In this document: piece by piece, positions 52,040 through 64,000 of the stretch
Numbering within the stretch: the first letter of the stretch is position 1
Layout of the letters: the number at the start of each line of letters is the position of its first letter
DNA from: Azolla caroliniana
Taxonomy: Eukaryota > Plantae > Polypodiophyta
Direction: 5' to 3'
DNA: 64,000 nt
NCBI GenBank assembly: GCA_043228905.1
Contig: JBHGNT010000010.1
Span: forward strand, 21,204,001 to 21,268,000
Notes under the pieces: model-generated
Databases searched by the model: none
Told to the model about the DNA's origin: nothing
The model's input: the letters and a program-made list of their open reading frames with translations, nothing else
Program-made: the position numbers and the translations under genes

Positions 52040-52603
52040 ATTTCAGGTTATGCACAAGAAGGCCGAGTTCATGAAGCTTTAAAATGCTTCGAAACAGGGC
52101 ATACTCAACAAGGGCATGACCATGGAGCATTAAATTGTTTCAAACAAATAGAAAATGAGGGTCTTTCAAACAAATTCATGATCAAATTCGGAGCCGAAAC
52201 TTCATAGAGAAGGATATTGTGTTTGGTAACGCTTTAGTTTATATGTATGCTAAATGTGGAATGCTTGACAAAGCCCAAAAAGCACTCGAAGTCCATTCTA
52301 ATCGCAATGTCATCACATGGTCTGCAATAATTTCTGGGTATGCTTGAGAAAGCTTCATCTTCGAGATGTGGTATGCTTGAGAAAGCAAGAAAAGTACTAA
52401 AAGAGCTTCATCTTCGAGATGTGATTGCTTGGTCAGCCCTTATTGCTGGCCATGCTCAACAAGGACAAGGACATGAAGCCCTGAAGTGTCTCAAACACAT
52501 GGAAAGTGAGGGCTTGTCTCTTGACAGGATAACTTCATTATGTGTGTTGAGTGCATGTGCTCACTTTGGCCTCATTTATCAAACTCAACTTTTGTATTTC
52601 TAA
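52040..52603 (+). pseudogene. PLS-class pentatricopeptide repeat gene fragment
   Basis: GNALVYMYAKCGMLDKA, RDVIAWSALIAGHAQQGQGHEAL and CVLSACAH. Frameshifted. Confidence 0.85.
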
Positions 52604-53543
52604 TGATTTTATAATACCAGGGCTTATCTTTTATTTATTTATTTTAAAAAAAGGGTTGTTGAATACATCTTTAAGATTCAAAAAATCCCTCACATTAAAT
52701 TTCTAGAATCGTATGGGAAGCCAGCAAAAAGATACATAAAAGCAAAATTTTGTGTTTGGGTTGGATGCAAGATATGGAAAAATGGTTTGGTAAATGGGAT
52801 GCATCACTAGATTCCTCTGTAAACGAGGCCTTTTTTGTAACGCCAATGTATCATGACATAGGACAAATGTGGAGGATCATGCTTCACACATTATACTACA
52901 CACGTTGTGCCTAACTACAAAACCATATTCTTCACTGAATGGGGAAACCGTACACATCGATACATGTTAATCTCGTTGTTTACCATTCGAACCATTGCTT
53001 CCATGTGACTTAGCTCACATGCATTGTGATGTGAGACGGGACGTTGGGGCACAAGTGATGAGTGTGGTCGAATATGCACACTTTGCCCTAAACTAGTTTG
53101 AGAGTTTGAGTATCATAGTTTGATACAATGCTTTGCCTTGGATCATATTCAACCATGTTTTCCACACATGTTCGACCAAACCCAATCCTTTGGAGAAATT
53201 TCTCTCACAACCATTGTGTGCACTCTCGATTGCAACACGTATTCATAATTTGGTAAAGCTCCTGAACTTAGCTACTCACTTTCAGATGTATTACACGTGA
53301 AATGTAATATTTTTGGTCATATTTGACCTCCGAAGACGATAATATAATCTATCTATCTCTTGAGTTGGATATCCACACCACGTTGGAAGACAAAGCACGT
53401 GATGATAAAATTAAAGGAATACAATAAATAAATATCAAACGAAAAGCCAAAGGTAATACGTAAGATCTTATAACCACCATAATTTCCCTCAAATATAGGT
53501 TGATTGTTTAGTCAGACGTTAGAACATTAAGACATTCAATACA

Positions 53544-53547
<4 letters not shown>

Positions 53548-53591
<44 letters not shown>
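53548..53591. repeat. (CT)n microsatellite upstream of the LKR gene
   Basis: Read directly. Confidence 0.9.
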
Positions 53592-53596
<5 letters not shown>

Positions 53597-53660
53597 CATA
53601 ATTCCACACGTTTGTCCTTTCATTCCATCCATCCATCTCTCTATCTGCACAGTGCACATC

Positions 53661-53668
53661 TATATAAA
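53661..53668 (+). promoter_or_regulatory. Putative TATA box of the LKR gene
   Basis: TATATAAA about 90 bp upstream of the ATG at 53752. Confidence 0.5.
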
Positions 53669-53751
53669 TCCTCTTAATCTGTCTGTTTTTTCCAGTTCGT
53701 TCATCGACACACATAATATATATGTATATATCTAAGCACCTAATCTTCACC

Positions 53752-56481
53752 ATGCCGAGCGGAAGCCTTATTCAGCATGATCGAAACATGGTCAGAGCTT
53801 TTCCTTTCTTCTTCTTTGCCCTCTGTTCTCTGCACTTAGCACTGTATTGCCTATTAATTGTATGCTGATTTTTGAGCATATTGCAATTAGGGTAAGAGTT
53901 ACAGAGAAACCATTGCTTTCTCCTTTTCTTATGCCCCCGGTATATTAGTCTGTATATCTCATACCACAACTAGGGAAAGAAAGAAATATTAGATTCTTTT
54001 TTTACCCACCGAAAAGTGGTTTGCTTTACTGAGTTCTGCGAATTCTTGCATCTCTTTTGTACGTATATGAACGGCCTCTTCTCATAGATCTAGGACTCCA
54101 TGATTAGAAATAAACGAGGTTCGCATGGATAAGTTACATTGGTCATTCCCTCCTTGAAATTTTCTTTACTCCAGTCTGGTTGATTTGCTATATATTCTGC
54201 AGGAAGAGAGTAATGGTGTGATCCCCCCCATGCTCGGAAATGCTATCCTCGGGATTCCGAGGGAGAGCAAAAGTAAAGTGTGGGAGAGGAGAGCTCCCTT
54301 AACCCCATCTCATTGTGCTCGGCTTCTTCACGCTGGCCGCAGATCAGGACATGGTGGTGTGAAACGCATCTTAATCCAACCCTCCACGAAGAGGATCTTG
54401 CCGGATATCCAATATGAGAATGTCGGTTGTGAGATCTCCGAGGATCTCTCCGAATGTGGCCTCATTCTGGGTGTCAAGCAGCCTGAGGTATGTCGGATAT
54501 TCCTGATGAGCATACACATAACACTGTGCTAATGGTTTGCTTATGAGCCACATGAAGGAATGAGATAGATGATTTGGAGCCACGTAAGGCTGTCTGCAAA
54601 ATGGGTGTTATGTTTGTAGCCTGCAATCTCTTGGTTCAATCTTTATTTGGTTTCCCTTAATTATGCTCAATTAAAAACTGTTGTTAATACGGCTACCTGT
54701 CAATCTTGATTTTCACTTCGTTCAAGTTGGTGAAATTTCTGCTATGCAGGTAGGGAGTCTTCTGCCTGATCGAGCATATGCATTTTTCTCACATACTCAT
54801 AAAGCTCAACCAGAGAATATGCCACTCTTGGATGAGGTATGATGACACAATGCACTCCATTCATGTGCTAGAAACATTTTACGTTCTCTTTATTCAGGCT
54901 CAATCTAAGAACTGTTGTCATGCACTAGAATTGTTGGTCTCTTATGTATGTAGATCCTATCCAAGAACATTACTTTATACGACTATGAACGAATTGTCGG
55001 AGATAAAGGAGAAAGGCTGGTGGCATTTGGGGAATATGCAGGAAGGGCAGGGATGATTGATTTGCTTCGAGGGCTGGGAACAAGTAATTCTTTTGAATCT
55101 TGATGTGTCTATTCATGGATGGAGAGTTTAAGCAATAGTTAACCCAATAAGAGCCTATGTCAAAGAACACTTAATTTTATATTTCCTCATCTATCCTTTA
55201 TTTATTTGCATTGGTACGTTGAAATCCCTTAGAGCTCTAATTAGCCATAGATCAGGTAGAGGAAGAAAAGGCTGCAATCTGTGTGAGTTTTCTACGGTGA
55301 TATCCAAAGAAATTCAGTATTGCTTAGCTGATCAATAAGACAATGATAACTTGTATCAAACATTTAATTTGAAGGATATCTAAGCCTTGGATATTCGACA
55401 CCATTCTTGTCTATCGGATCGGCATTCATGTATGCATCTCTAAGTGCTGCGAAAGCGGCTGTTCTTCAAGCTGGAGATGAAATAAGGACTAACGGCCTAC
55501 CTTCCCAAGTCAGCCCTCTAGTGTTTATTTTCACAAGCTCTGGAAAGGGTAAGAAACAACTGTTTTGAATTATTGTCATTCAGAAAGAAATGGTACTAGA
55601 AATGATCGTGCTTGTTGTGTGGATGCTCTCAGTATCACAAGGAGCTCAAGAAATGTTTCGTCTGCTGCCACATAAGTTTATCGAGCCTTCAGAATTACCG
55701 AAGTTAGCAGCAAGTCTAGAAATGAAAGTAAGATTTCGTGGCTAGCCAGACATCAATTTGATATTATTATGCATCTCTTTCATTCAGTGTAATGTTTTGG
55801 AAATTCCTGTGATTTCTAGGAACAACCAGCTTCTTCATTCCCGGGATCAAAAGGCAAACAGAGAACTTTTGAAGTGTATGGTTGTGTAGTGACCGCAGAG
55901 AACATGGTGGCACCAATGGATCAGACGAAGAAATTCAATAAGGTAAGAAGAGAACTAAATTGGGGAGAAGTGACAGATTTTACAAGGTAGAAAAATTGAA
56001 TGGCAGAAAACGTGCTGTTTTCTTAATAAATTTGATGAGGTGAGGATGAGCTTCCCATGTATGGGAAGATTTCTGATTGTTTCTTCAGATATGTAGCTAC
56101 ATGCAGTGTGTCATGCGTATATGAGATGGAATTTGCTTAGATAACACTCATATTCTCCAGAGAGAATTCAGATGAAAAGCTTTTTCTAGACTAAGGACCC
56201 CTCTCTGCCTCTGGTCATGTCTCTGGTCGTGTCGTACTCTCGAATCATACCCCCACCTCTGGTTGTAAAACTTCATCATAGAGAAATACATTAGATGTAC
56301 ATGAATCTCAATTGGGAAAACTAGTCCCCGCCCCCTTCCCAATCTACAAAAGAGATTGTTCATCTCTGGAAATTTAGAAATCTTTCTAAATATACTGCAC
56401 ATGTTAGCTCTGAATTCTCCATCATTTGAAAACTTAAATACAGGTTTTGTGATTGAATTTGCAGTTATTTGTTTCCATTAC

Positions 56482-56538
<57 letters not shown>

Positions 56539-57755
56539 ACCTCTCTATGGTTGGGCAGGAACATTATTATGATCATCCTGAGGAATATTGTCCAGTATTT
56601 CATGAAACAATTGCTCCGTACGCATCTGTGATTGGTAAGTCTAATATTCACTGCACACATGCACATACACGTCCATGCATGTATGTATATGTATATGTAT
56701 ATGCTTACATATTATACATTTAGATAGGTAAACTGCGTTGAAATCTTGAACTAGATTCTGAACCCATATTAATGGTTTGATTTCAATCACATTTGTTGTC
56801 TGGCATTAATTTCAGTGAATTGTATGTATTGGGAAAGCAAGTATCCGCGTCTTCTCTCGAATGGGCAGTTACAAACTGTCATGGGTTCGCATAGTCGACG
56901 TCTGATTGGAATTGCTGATATTACTTGTGACATTGGAGGATCTATCGAGTGTGTCACACGCACGACTTCAAATGAAAAGCCTTTTTATGTGTACGATTTC
57001 TTTAATGATGTTTGTTGAGGACAATATTTCAGCTTTCAAGATATTCGATTGAACTGGTTCTGGATTTCAGATATGATCCAAAATCAAACTCCTACAATGA
57101 TGATATGAATGCGGAAGGTATCCTCATTCTGGCAACTGATAATCTCCCAACAGAGCTGGCAAAAGAGGTAAATTTGTATTGGCACAATAGTTTCTCTCAT
57201 CGATCTGTACAATAATATCTGATTCTTGCAAGACTTCTCTCTGTTTATTTGCATCTCATTCTGGCTTGAAGCATTTATGGAAGTCTTTTACATCTTCTTA
57301 AGTCAATCAATATCTCATTAATTCACATAAATTTTTTCTTACAGTCGAGCAACCATTTTGGTGAAGTGCTTCTTCCGTTCGTACCAAATATGGCCAATGC
57401 CGGTGATCTCTCACAGTTACTACATCCAGTGCAACATGCATGCATTGCTCACAAGGGACAATTAACTTCGCCTTATGAGTACATTCATGGTATGCGTCGC
57501 TCACTAGAGGATGCAATACCAAATTCAACAGAAGAGGAGGTACGTAGACACAGTAATAGCTTTTTGTATTACATTCTACGAAAGGAACCGATGGTCGATA
57601 ATCATCAAATCCAAACATTTGATACGTTGACAAATAGATCTAAGGAATCCAAGAAAGTTCTTGGTACTTCCATATTCCCACCTTACTATGCCTTCCAAAT
57701 CTATACTTATTGCTCTCAGAATTCAAGATCTTCGATTCTCTCCTCCAATTCATAA
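53752..57755 (+). CDS. LKR: Lysine-ketoglutarate reductase (LKR domain of LKR/SDH), 11 exons, about 563 aa
   Basis: GT-AG exons in continuous frame: 53752-53790 (tentative), 54203-54487, 54750-54836, 54954-55083, 55375-55548, 55633-55727, 55820-55942, 56559-56634, 56816-56990, 57071-57167, 57345-57755. Motifs WERRAPLTPSHC, LILGVKQP, FFSHTHKAQ, NCMYWE, DITCDIGGS and DNLPTELAKE. No SDH exons seen downstream. Confidence 0.88.
56494..56536. repeat. (AT)n microsatellite in an LKR intron
   Basis: Read directly. Confidence 0.9.
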
Positions 57756-60441
57756 TTTTACTCCACTTACATTCAGTGGGGTTTAGACTATGTACATGTT
57801 ATGCCCAGCGAAAAAAGTGCACCTCATTCTTCTGGCTTCTAACATTGCATGCTCAGAAATATGCAACATCCAATTACTGGAAGGTCACTTGCAATGGTGA
57901 AGTTTTTGTTGAGGGTGTAAAACAGTCATGCTTACCATCTTGGGCCAGAAAATATACATTAATTTAGACATGCACGCTTGGGCCGTATATTGTGCGGCCT
58001 CCATGACTCTTTGGCTCCTCTTATACTTCACCCCTGGTTTCTTGAAGCATATATGCATATTTATCCTTCCCTTGCCAAGTATTTCTCGAACAGTTGTGTT
58101 TCAAGATGAAAACTCAGGAATTCCTACGTGATTCCTTCTTAGTATTTTCACCTTCCTTGCATAACAACAAACATTTCATCGCAAATGAGAAGTCATCAGA
58201 AAATTAATCTGCAATGTCTTTAACGATACATGCTAAACATTTACATTTTATGGGGAATCTAGCCCTTCCATTAAGAAGTCGCAAATATGGAAAACATTAT
58301 TAATCATTGGTGCTTGAAACATTTTAAATTCATCCCCATTGTTAGAGCTTCCTCATTCCACAGAGAAAAATTATCTTTGACATCTATAACTAAGCTATTT
58401 ATAACAACAAATGACAAATCTTTGTAAAATTGATCAACTATCCCTAACAAACATCCTAATTTTATGTGGATAATTACTATTACAAGGGTCTTGGGAATAT
58501 GGTAAAAAATCATAGAGTGAGTTGTTAAATCAAAGTTCAAAATTACTGTGAAGATTTATCAATAATCAATCGAGTTATCAAAACAAATTTTCACAGATAT
58601 AGTAACGATTCATAAAGTATTATAATGATTTATGTTGTTAAAACACTCTAGCATGGTAAATCTACCCTTCATGGTACATCATTCTAAGAATAACTTGATG
58701 ATGGAAAATTTTTAAGCTATTTAATTTCTTTTACTTGGAGATTTTGATGATCAATTGCTTACGATTTTGAAATTTGAAGAGAAACAACCCATAAACGCTT
58801 ATTTGCATTTCAACATCCTCTTGATTAAGCTCATCGACCTATGAGTAACATGCTTTTCCCTCTCCCCTCTCTAGATAAATTTTCAATGTCATGTTACAAT
58901 ATGTTATGTCTTCAAATGGAAGTGCACTCAAAGATGGCAAATTTTGAGTCGCCAAGAGAAACATAAATGAACTACCATAAATTTTTAGCTAATAATTCTT
59001 TCCAAGCAACAAATCAAAATTATATTCCATGCTTGTCTTCTTTGAAAAGAATCTTGAAGGAGGAGCGAGATGCACACAACAAGAGGAATGAGGAGAGTAC
59101 AATCTTAAGCAAAACATAAGGTATGATTTGAAATAAAGCTTTTCTATCATTTTAAATTATCTTTATTCTTTATTTGGATGCCATAATAATGTTAGTTTCT
59201 AGACAATTCTACAAACAAATAATAACTCTATATGCTTAGATGTAAAAAGATACATTTTCTTCATCTTAAAGAAGTTTATGTATAACGATTTAAAATTCGT
59301 TTTTAACGTGAGAGTTTATTAGATTTTTGGATTCACTTGATTTTGTCAGCTAAGCGTGGATTCCGGAACCATTGATTGGCCATTGCTCAACCAATCCCTC
59401 ATCACATAAATACGGTATCCCCCCCTAGTCATTTCCCAAGTCTCCTAATCATCGTCATCGTGCAACCTCCTCACACCTCCATTGTACTATGTCCATACAC
59501 ACGTTGAGTATTTCAACAAATAAAAATCTAATAGAAGCATGAGTGTGCTTTCTCCAACCAACACAATATTAAAATCCATGAGAATAATAGAATAAATTCT
59601 ACATATTCGTTTGACAACAAATTGTAATAATCCATGGTTACAATGTTGATTCATCATAATAATACAATTATTAATCTTCTTCATCACACTATGTTTCCTA
59701 CAACAATAATCAAGACTTGAAAGCAAAACCTAGAGCAAAAGATCAATTGATTGTAATTATCCATTCATCCATTACTATTGTTATAGCTTATACTTGTAAA
59801 TAAAGTCATTGAAACAATACAAGGCATTGTTTTAAATAAATTTATTTGACTCTATTTCTCAACTGTGTATTAACATAATTAACTTGACTATAATTAAGGT
59901 TTGAAATATTGATTATATACCATGAAGTTAAGGCCCAACTATTGAGACAATAGCTATGTTGCTTACAAAGTTATTGTGGATGTATCAATGGATCAAAGAT
60001 CACCCATTTCTATAGTTCAATGTATACGTTTGCACATAATATACTTCAATCTTGGTGAGAATGAACAAAGTGTACACACAATAACCACTTTAAGTTTATA
60101 TACCATTAGGAGTATCTCTTTTGTGAAAGTAAAGATGAGTAATTTCAACATATCCAAATACGCATAAAGAGGTATCATGATGTTGAATTTTTGTAATATA
60201 ACACAATACTTGATCTCCCCCCCCCCCCCCCCCCCCCTTCCCCTCGTTTATGTCTGAAATTTCCCCCTCTTATGGATCTTCGTATAATGAATATCTACAT
60301 GTAGACATCATATGATACATGACCATAGGTGACTTCTTGCCAACATACCACTTCAATACATACTTGTATAGGATTTTAAGAATTGTAAAAAAATAAGCAG
60401 AGTGCACTAAAAATTTTACTTAGAAATAGAGCATGACCAAT

Positions 60442-60443
<2 letters not shown>

Positions 60444-60493
<50 letters not shown>
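60444..60493. repeat. (GA)n microsatellite
   Basis: Read directly. Confidence 0.9.
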
Positions 60494-60497
<4 letters not shown>

Positions 60498-60513
60498 AAA
60501 TGAAGGAAGGGAG

Positions 60514-60976
60514 TAGCAATGGGCACGGTTTCGGCTCAAACCTAACCGAACCGTTAAGCCATGGCTTAACAATTTATTGGCTTAAAGATAAATTAACCGT
60601 TTGGTTTGATTTCAAATATTATGATCCGGTTTGGTTTCGGTTTGGTTTTGAATTTCATGGTTTAACGGTTTAGCAGCTTATCAAATTCGGTTCGGTTTGG
60701 TTTTGAATTTCACGGTTTAGCAGTTTCAACTTATGTGGTTTGGTTTACAGGTTTAAAGGTTTAAAAGTTTTGAAGGTTTAAAGGTTTATGGGTTTATAAA
60801 TTTGGTTTGGTTTTGATTTATGATAAACCGATTTGGTTTGGTTCTAAATTTTTCATAAACGGTTTGGTTTAAATGGCTTCATAAAATTTAAACAGTTTGG
60901 TTTGGTTTTTTATATAAATAAATGGTTTGGTTTGGTTTGGTTTCAAGGCCAAGAAACCAAACCGCACCCATTGCTA
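60514..60976. mobile_element. hAT-type MITE
   Basis: TIR TAGCAATGGG/CCCATTGCTA, perfect 8-bp TSD gaagggag, and many GGTTT/AACCG subterminal motifs. Confidence 0.92.
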
Positions 60977-61459
60977 GAAGGGAGATAGATAATGAAGAGC
61001 GTAGTGGCGACTGTCGAACAAGTCGCGGATGGAGCAAACTGCACGAAGGGAGCGAACAACAGGAACAATAGGTCGGCTACAGAACAGCTACTACATAAAT
61101 CATCTGCGGTTGGCCTGTACACGCGAGTTTGCAGGGGAGTCCGGTGCAACCCCCCCCCCCCAAAAAAAAAAAAAAATCGCCTCATCTGAGTGATGAGACA
61201 GTCGACCTTCTGTTGTTGTTGTCTGAGGAGGATAAATACATCGTACTAGGAGAAGTACATAGTGGTTGGAGATGGTTTCCTTGGTAGTGCAAGTCCAGGG
61301 TTCGCGACCGAATAGATCAGAACTCCGACATATCTTATATGCCACTTTTTCGGAGGAAATGGCTTAACATCCTCGACATTCAATTTATGTTTTAGAGGAT
61401 GTTATCATGTGGAATTTGCATATAAGGATTCGGTTAGCAACTATTAGCAATTAAGGAGG

Positions 61460-61852
61460 CAAGCGGTTACAATCAGAGGCAACGACCTCTTCCTCTCTCT
61501 CACTCTCTCTGTACACAGTTGCGCGCTCTAATCTTGCGCCAACAAGAATGACAACGACTATAATCATAAGTTTGCCCTAAGTCATATTTATACTAATGTG
61601 ACTTTTCAGCTATTTACAAATATAGCCACGATGGACTCTCAGAAACATATTTACAAATATGTCTCTTCATCCGGTTCTCACCGGGCCTGCATCATCCGGC
61701 ACTTGCCGGGTACTCGTCATCCGGTTCTCACCGGGTCTGCACCATCCGGCTCTCCGTAGTCGGGTACTCGTCATCCGGTTTCGGCCGAGGCCAAGTTTGC
61801 TCATCAGTGCTGTTCTTCTCATTTCCCATCCGGAGGGACCTATTTCCTAACA
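61460..61852 (-). mobile_element. Truncated copia LTR (same family as the 38387 and 62293 LTRs)
   Basis: Reverse complement begins TGTTAGGAAATAGGTCCCTCCGGATGGGAA. Left end not resolved. Confidence 0.75.
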
Positions 61853-61996
61853 ATAAGCACATGCCAGTGCGTTCACATAAGGTGATTGGGAAAGACCTTT
61901 GGACTAATAAGAGACAATTACGAGCCTCGGGGGATGGAAGGAAGGGTAGAGATGTCGCACTTGTTGAAAGGAGAATAGGGGGAAAAACTATGATTG

Positions 61997-62292
61997 ATGG
62001 ATAGGTTAAATATTATTTCATGGAATGTACGGGGCTTAAGAGGCAAAAATTGTTGTAAAGTAAGGAGTATTTTCCGTCGACAATTTAGGAAGTCTTTGGT
62101 AGGTAGGATTGATGTTCTTCTTATTCAAGAGCATCATTTAAATGAGCAAAGGATTCAAAAATATGGAAATATGATGCCAGGCAAGTGGAGACAGTTCTGG
62201 GTGCCGGCAGTTGGTGATAATTGTTTGAAAGTGAGACTTTGCATTGCATTAAATGATATTTGGTTGGGCTCTTTCTTGCATTATGGAGTTTT
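61997..62292 (+). mobile_element. L1 LINE ORF2 start (APE endonuclease), interrupted by copia
   Basis: IISWNVRGL...IDVLLIQEHHL. Confidence 0.78.
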
Positions 62293-64000
62293 TGTTAGGA
62301 AACAAGTCCCTCCGGATGGGAAGTGAGAAGAACAGTGTTGATGAGCAACTCGGCTGAGGCCGAATCCGGATGTGGAGTACCCGGCAACGGAAGACCCGGT
62401 GAGAACCGGATGATGAGTACCCGGCAATGGAGGACCCGGTGAGAACCGGATATTGCAGGGCCCGTGAGAACCTCTCATCGGATGGAAGGGACATATGTGT
62501 AAATATGTTCTAGAGAGCCCATTGGGGCTATATTTGTAAATAGCCCGAAAGTCATATTAGTATAAATATGACCTACGGCAAACTTAATAGTTATGATGAT
62601 AGAGTTATTGGTATAACTCCTGTACAGTGCGTAAGAGAGAGAGAGAGAGAGCGATATACAGAGATTGTGTCGCTGTTGTAACCGCCGCTAGGCGAAGATT
62701 GTGAGCAAGAGGTCGTTGCCTCTATGCTCCCTGTTGTATTCTTCTTACAAAGCGATAGTTTGGAGTCTGTGGACTCCCAGGGTTTTTCCCTCCCAGGGTT
62801 TTCCACGTTGATATCTAGTGTATTCTCTTTCTGTTTTGTGTACTTACCTCCATTCCCATTTCGTCCGTGTTTTGATTGTCACCAAGTGATCTATGCTTCG
62901 GTTGTGGCCGGAGATTAATCCGCGTATTACACGTCAAATTGGTATCAGAGCGAAACGACACAGAAAAAAAAATGGACGATTCGTTGCGAGGCATGTTCAA
63001 GCTCACCGGCTCCAATTACTCAATGTGGAAGTCGAAGATGAGGGACATGCTCGTGGTTAAAGATCTTTGGTTGCCGGTTCAGTTCGGGGACAAGAGACCG
63101 GACAAAATCGATGCCACGATATGGGAGGTGATACACATGAAGACAACGGCATACATATGGTGCTTCATCGACATGAGTCTATACAACAACTTCAATGAAG
63201 AGAGCAAGACTCATGAGCTCTGGGAGAAGATCGACATTATGTTTCAGAACAAAAATGATGTTAATCAGGTTTCAGTATTTCAGAAGCTAGTAAGACTCCG
63301 GTACCAAGACGGCTCTAGCATGGCGGAGCACATGAATGCCTTCCAGGGGCTGATCCACCAGGCAACATCATTGGAAGTACCTCTCGCCGATGAGGTACTA
63401 GCACTACTCCTGCTCGGTTCCCTCCCAGATAGCTGGGAGACATTGGTTGTCACTTTGGGCAACGCCGGGCCGGAAGGGAAACGGTTATCCCTAGCAAGAG
63501 TGAAGTGGAGCTTGCTAGATGAGGAGGCGTGTTGGAAAGACAAGGATACGAACTCCGACTCCAAAGCGCTCATTACCGAATCAGAACGCGGAAGACAAAG
63601 GAACCGTAGTCCCTAGAACTGTGAAAAGTCGGGGACACGATCAAAGTCAAGGGGAAGGTCTACCTGCTTCTATTGCGGCAAGCCGGGACACTTCCAGAAG
63701 AACTATCGGCACTTCTGAAAAGACAAGGAAACCGATGGTACCGATTCGAAGCGGACACCGGAACAGAACGGTAAAGACCGGAAGGGAACGACGGCAATCG
63801 CGGCAAGTGAAGAAGAGTTGATGCTCATCACCGAGGAGAGTGAGTTGAACCTTACCGGCGACGAGACAACGTGGGTTGTTGATTCCGGAGCGTCGTTCCA
63901 CCTTACCCCGGACCGTAAATACTTCTCATCCTACACAATCGGTGATCACGGTTGTGTCCGGATGGGGAATAAAGGTACATGCCGAATTGTCAGCATAGGA
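62293..64000 (+). mobile_element. Ty1/copia (Tnt1/Tork-like) element, runs off the window
   Basis: 5' LTR 62293-62936 (TG...CA) and tRNA-iMet PBS at 62940-62951. Confidence 0.92.
62972..64000 (+). pseudogene. Copia gag-protease with premature stops
   Basis: LTGSNYSMWKSKM, LLGSLPDSWE, CFYCGKPGH and WVVDSGASFH. Stops at about 63614 and 63716. Confidence 0.88.

Noticed and set aside
56152-56420. 11-bp inverted repeat (gagaattcaga/tctgaattctc) in an LKR intron as a MITE
   Set aside because: No TSD or convincing termini were found.

Overview
Land-plant nuclear DNA, probably a fern or other non-seed plant (inferred from the TE lineages and PLS-type PPR fragments, not shown directly). Bases 1-46 kb are a deeply nested LTR-retrotransposon block with three groups. 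(i) A Ty3/gypsy non-chromovirus superfamily with a tRNA-Trp PBS, TGTCG...CGACA LTRs and 4-bp CpG-centred TSDs: coding-type copies A0, A1, A2 and C, a pol-less gag-only relative B, and several solo LTRs. (ii) Two full-length Tf1/sushi/Tcn1-like chromoviruses (12093-17694, 39863-45543). Their LTRs carry an antisense tRNA-like A/B-box module, a perfect heat-shock element, a self-priming PBS and TAGTACTA arrays. (iii) Ty1/copia remnants and LINE fragments. Bases 46-64 kb are AT-rich and hold a LINE remnant, two hAT non-autonomous elements with 8-bp TSDs, processed actin and PPR fragments, and an 11-exon gene (53752-57755) encoding only the LKR half of LKR/SDH. A copia element runs off the window end. 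All TE pol/gag-pol regions carry stops or frameshifts. Coordinates were counted by eye and no searches were run.
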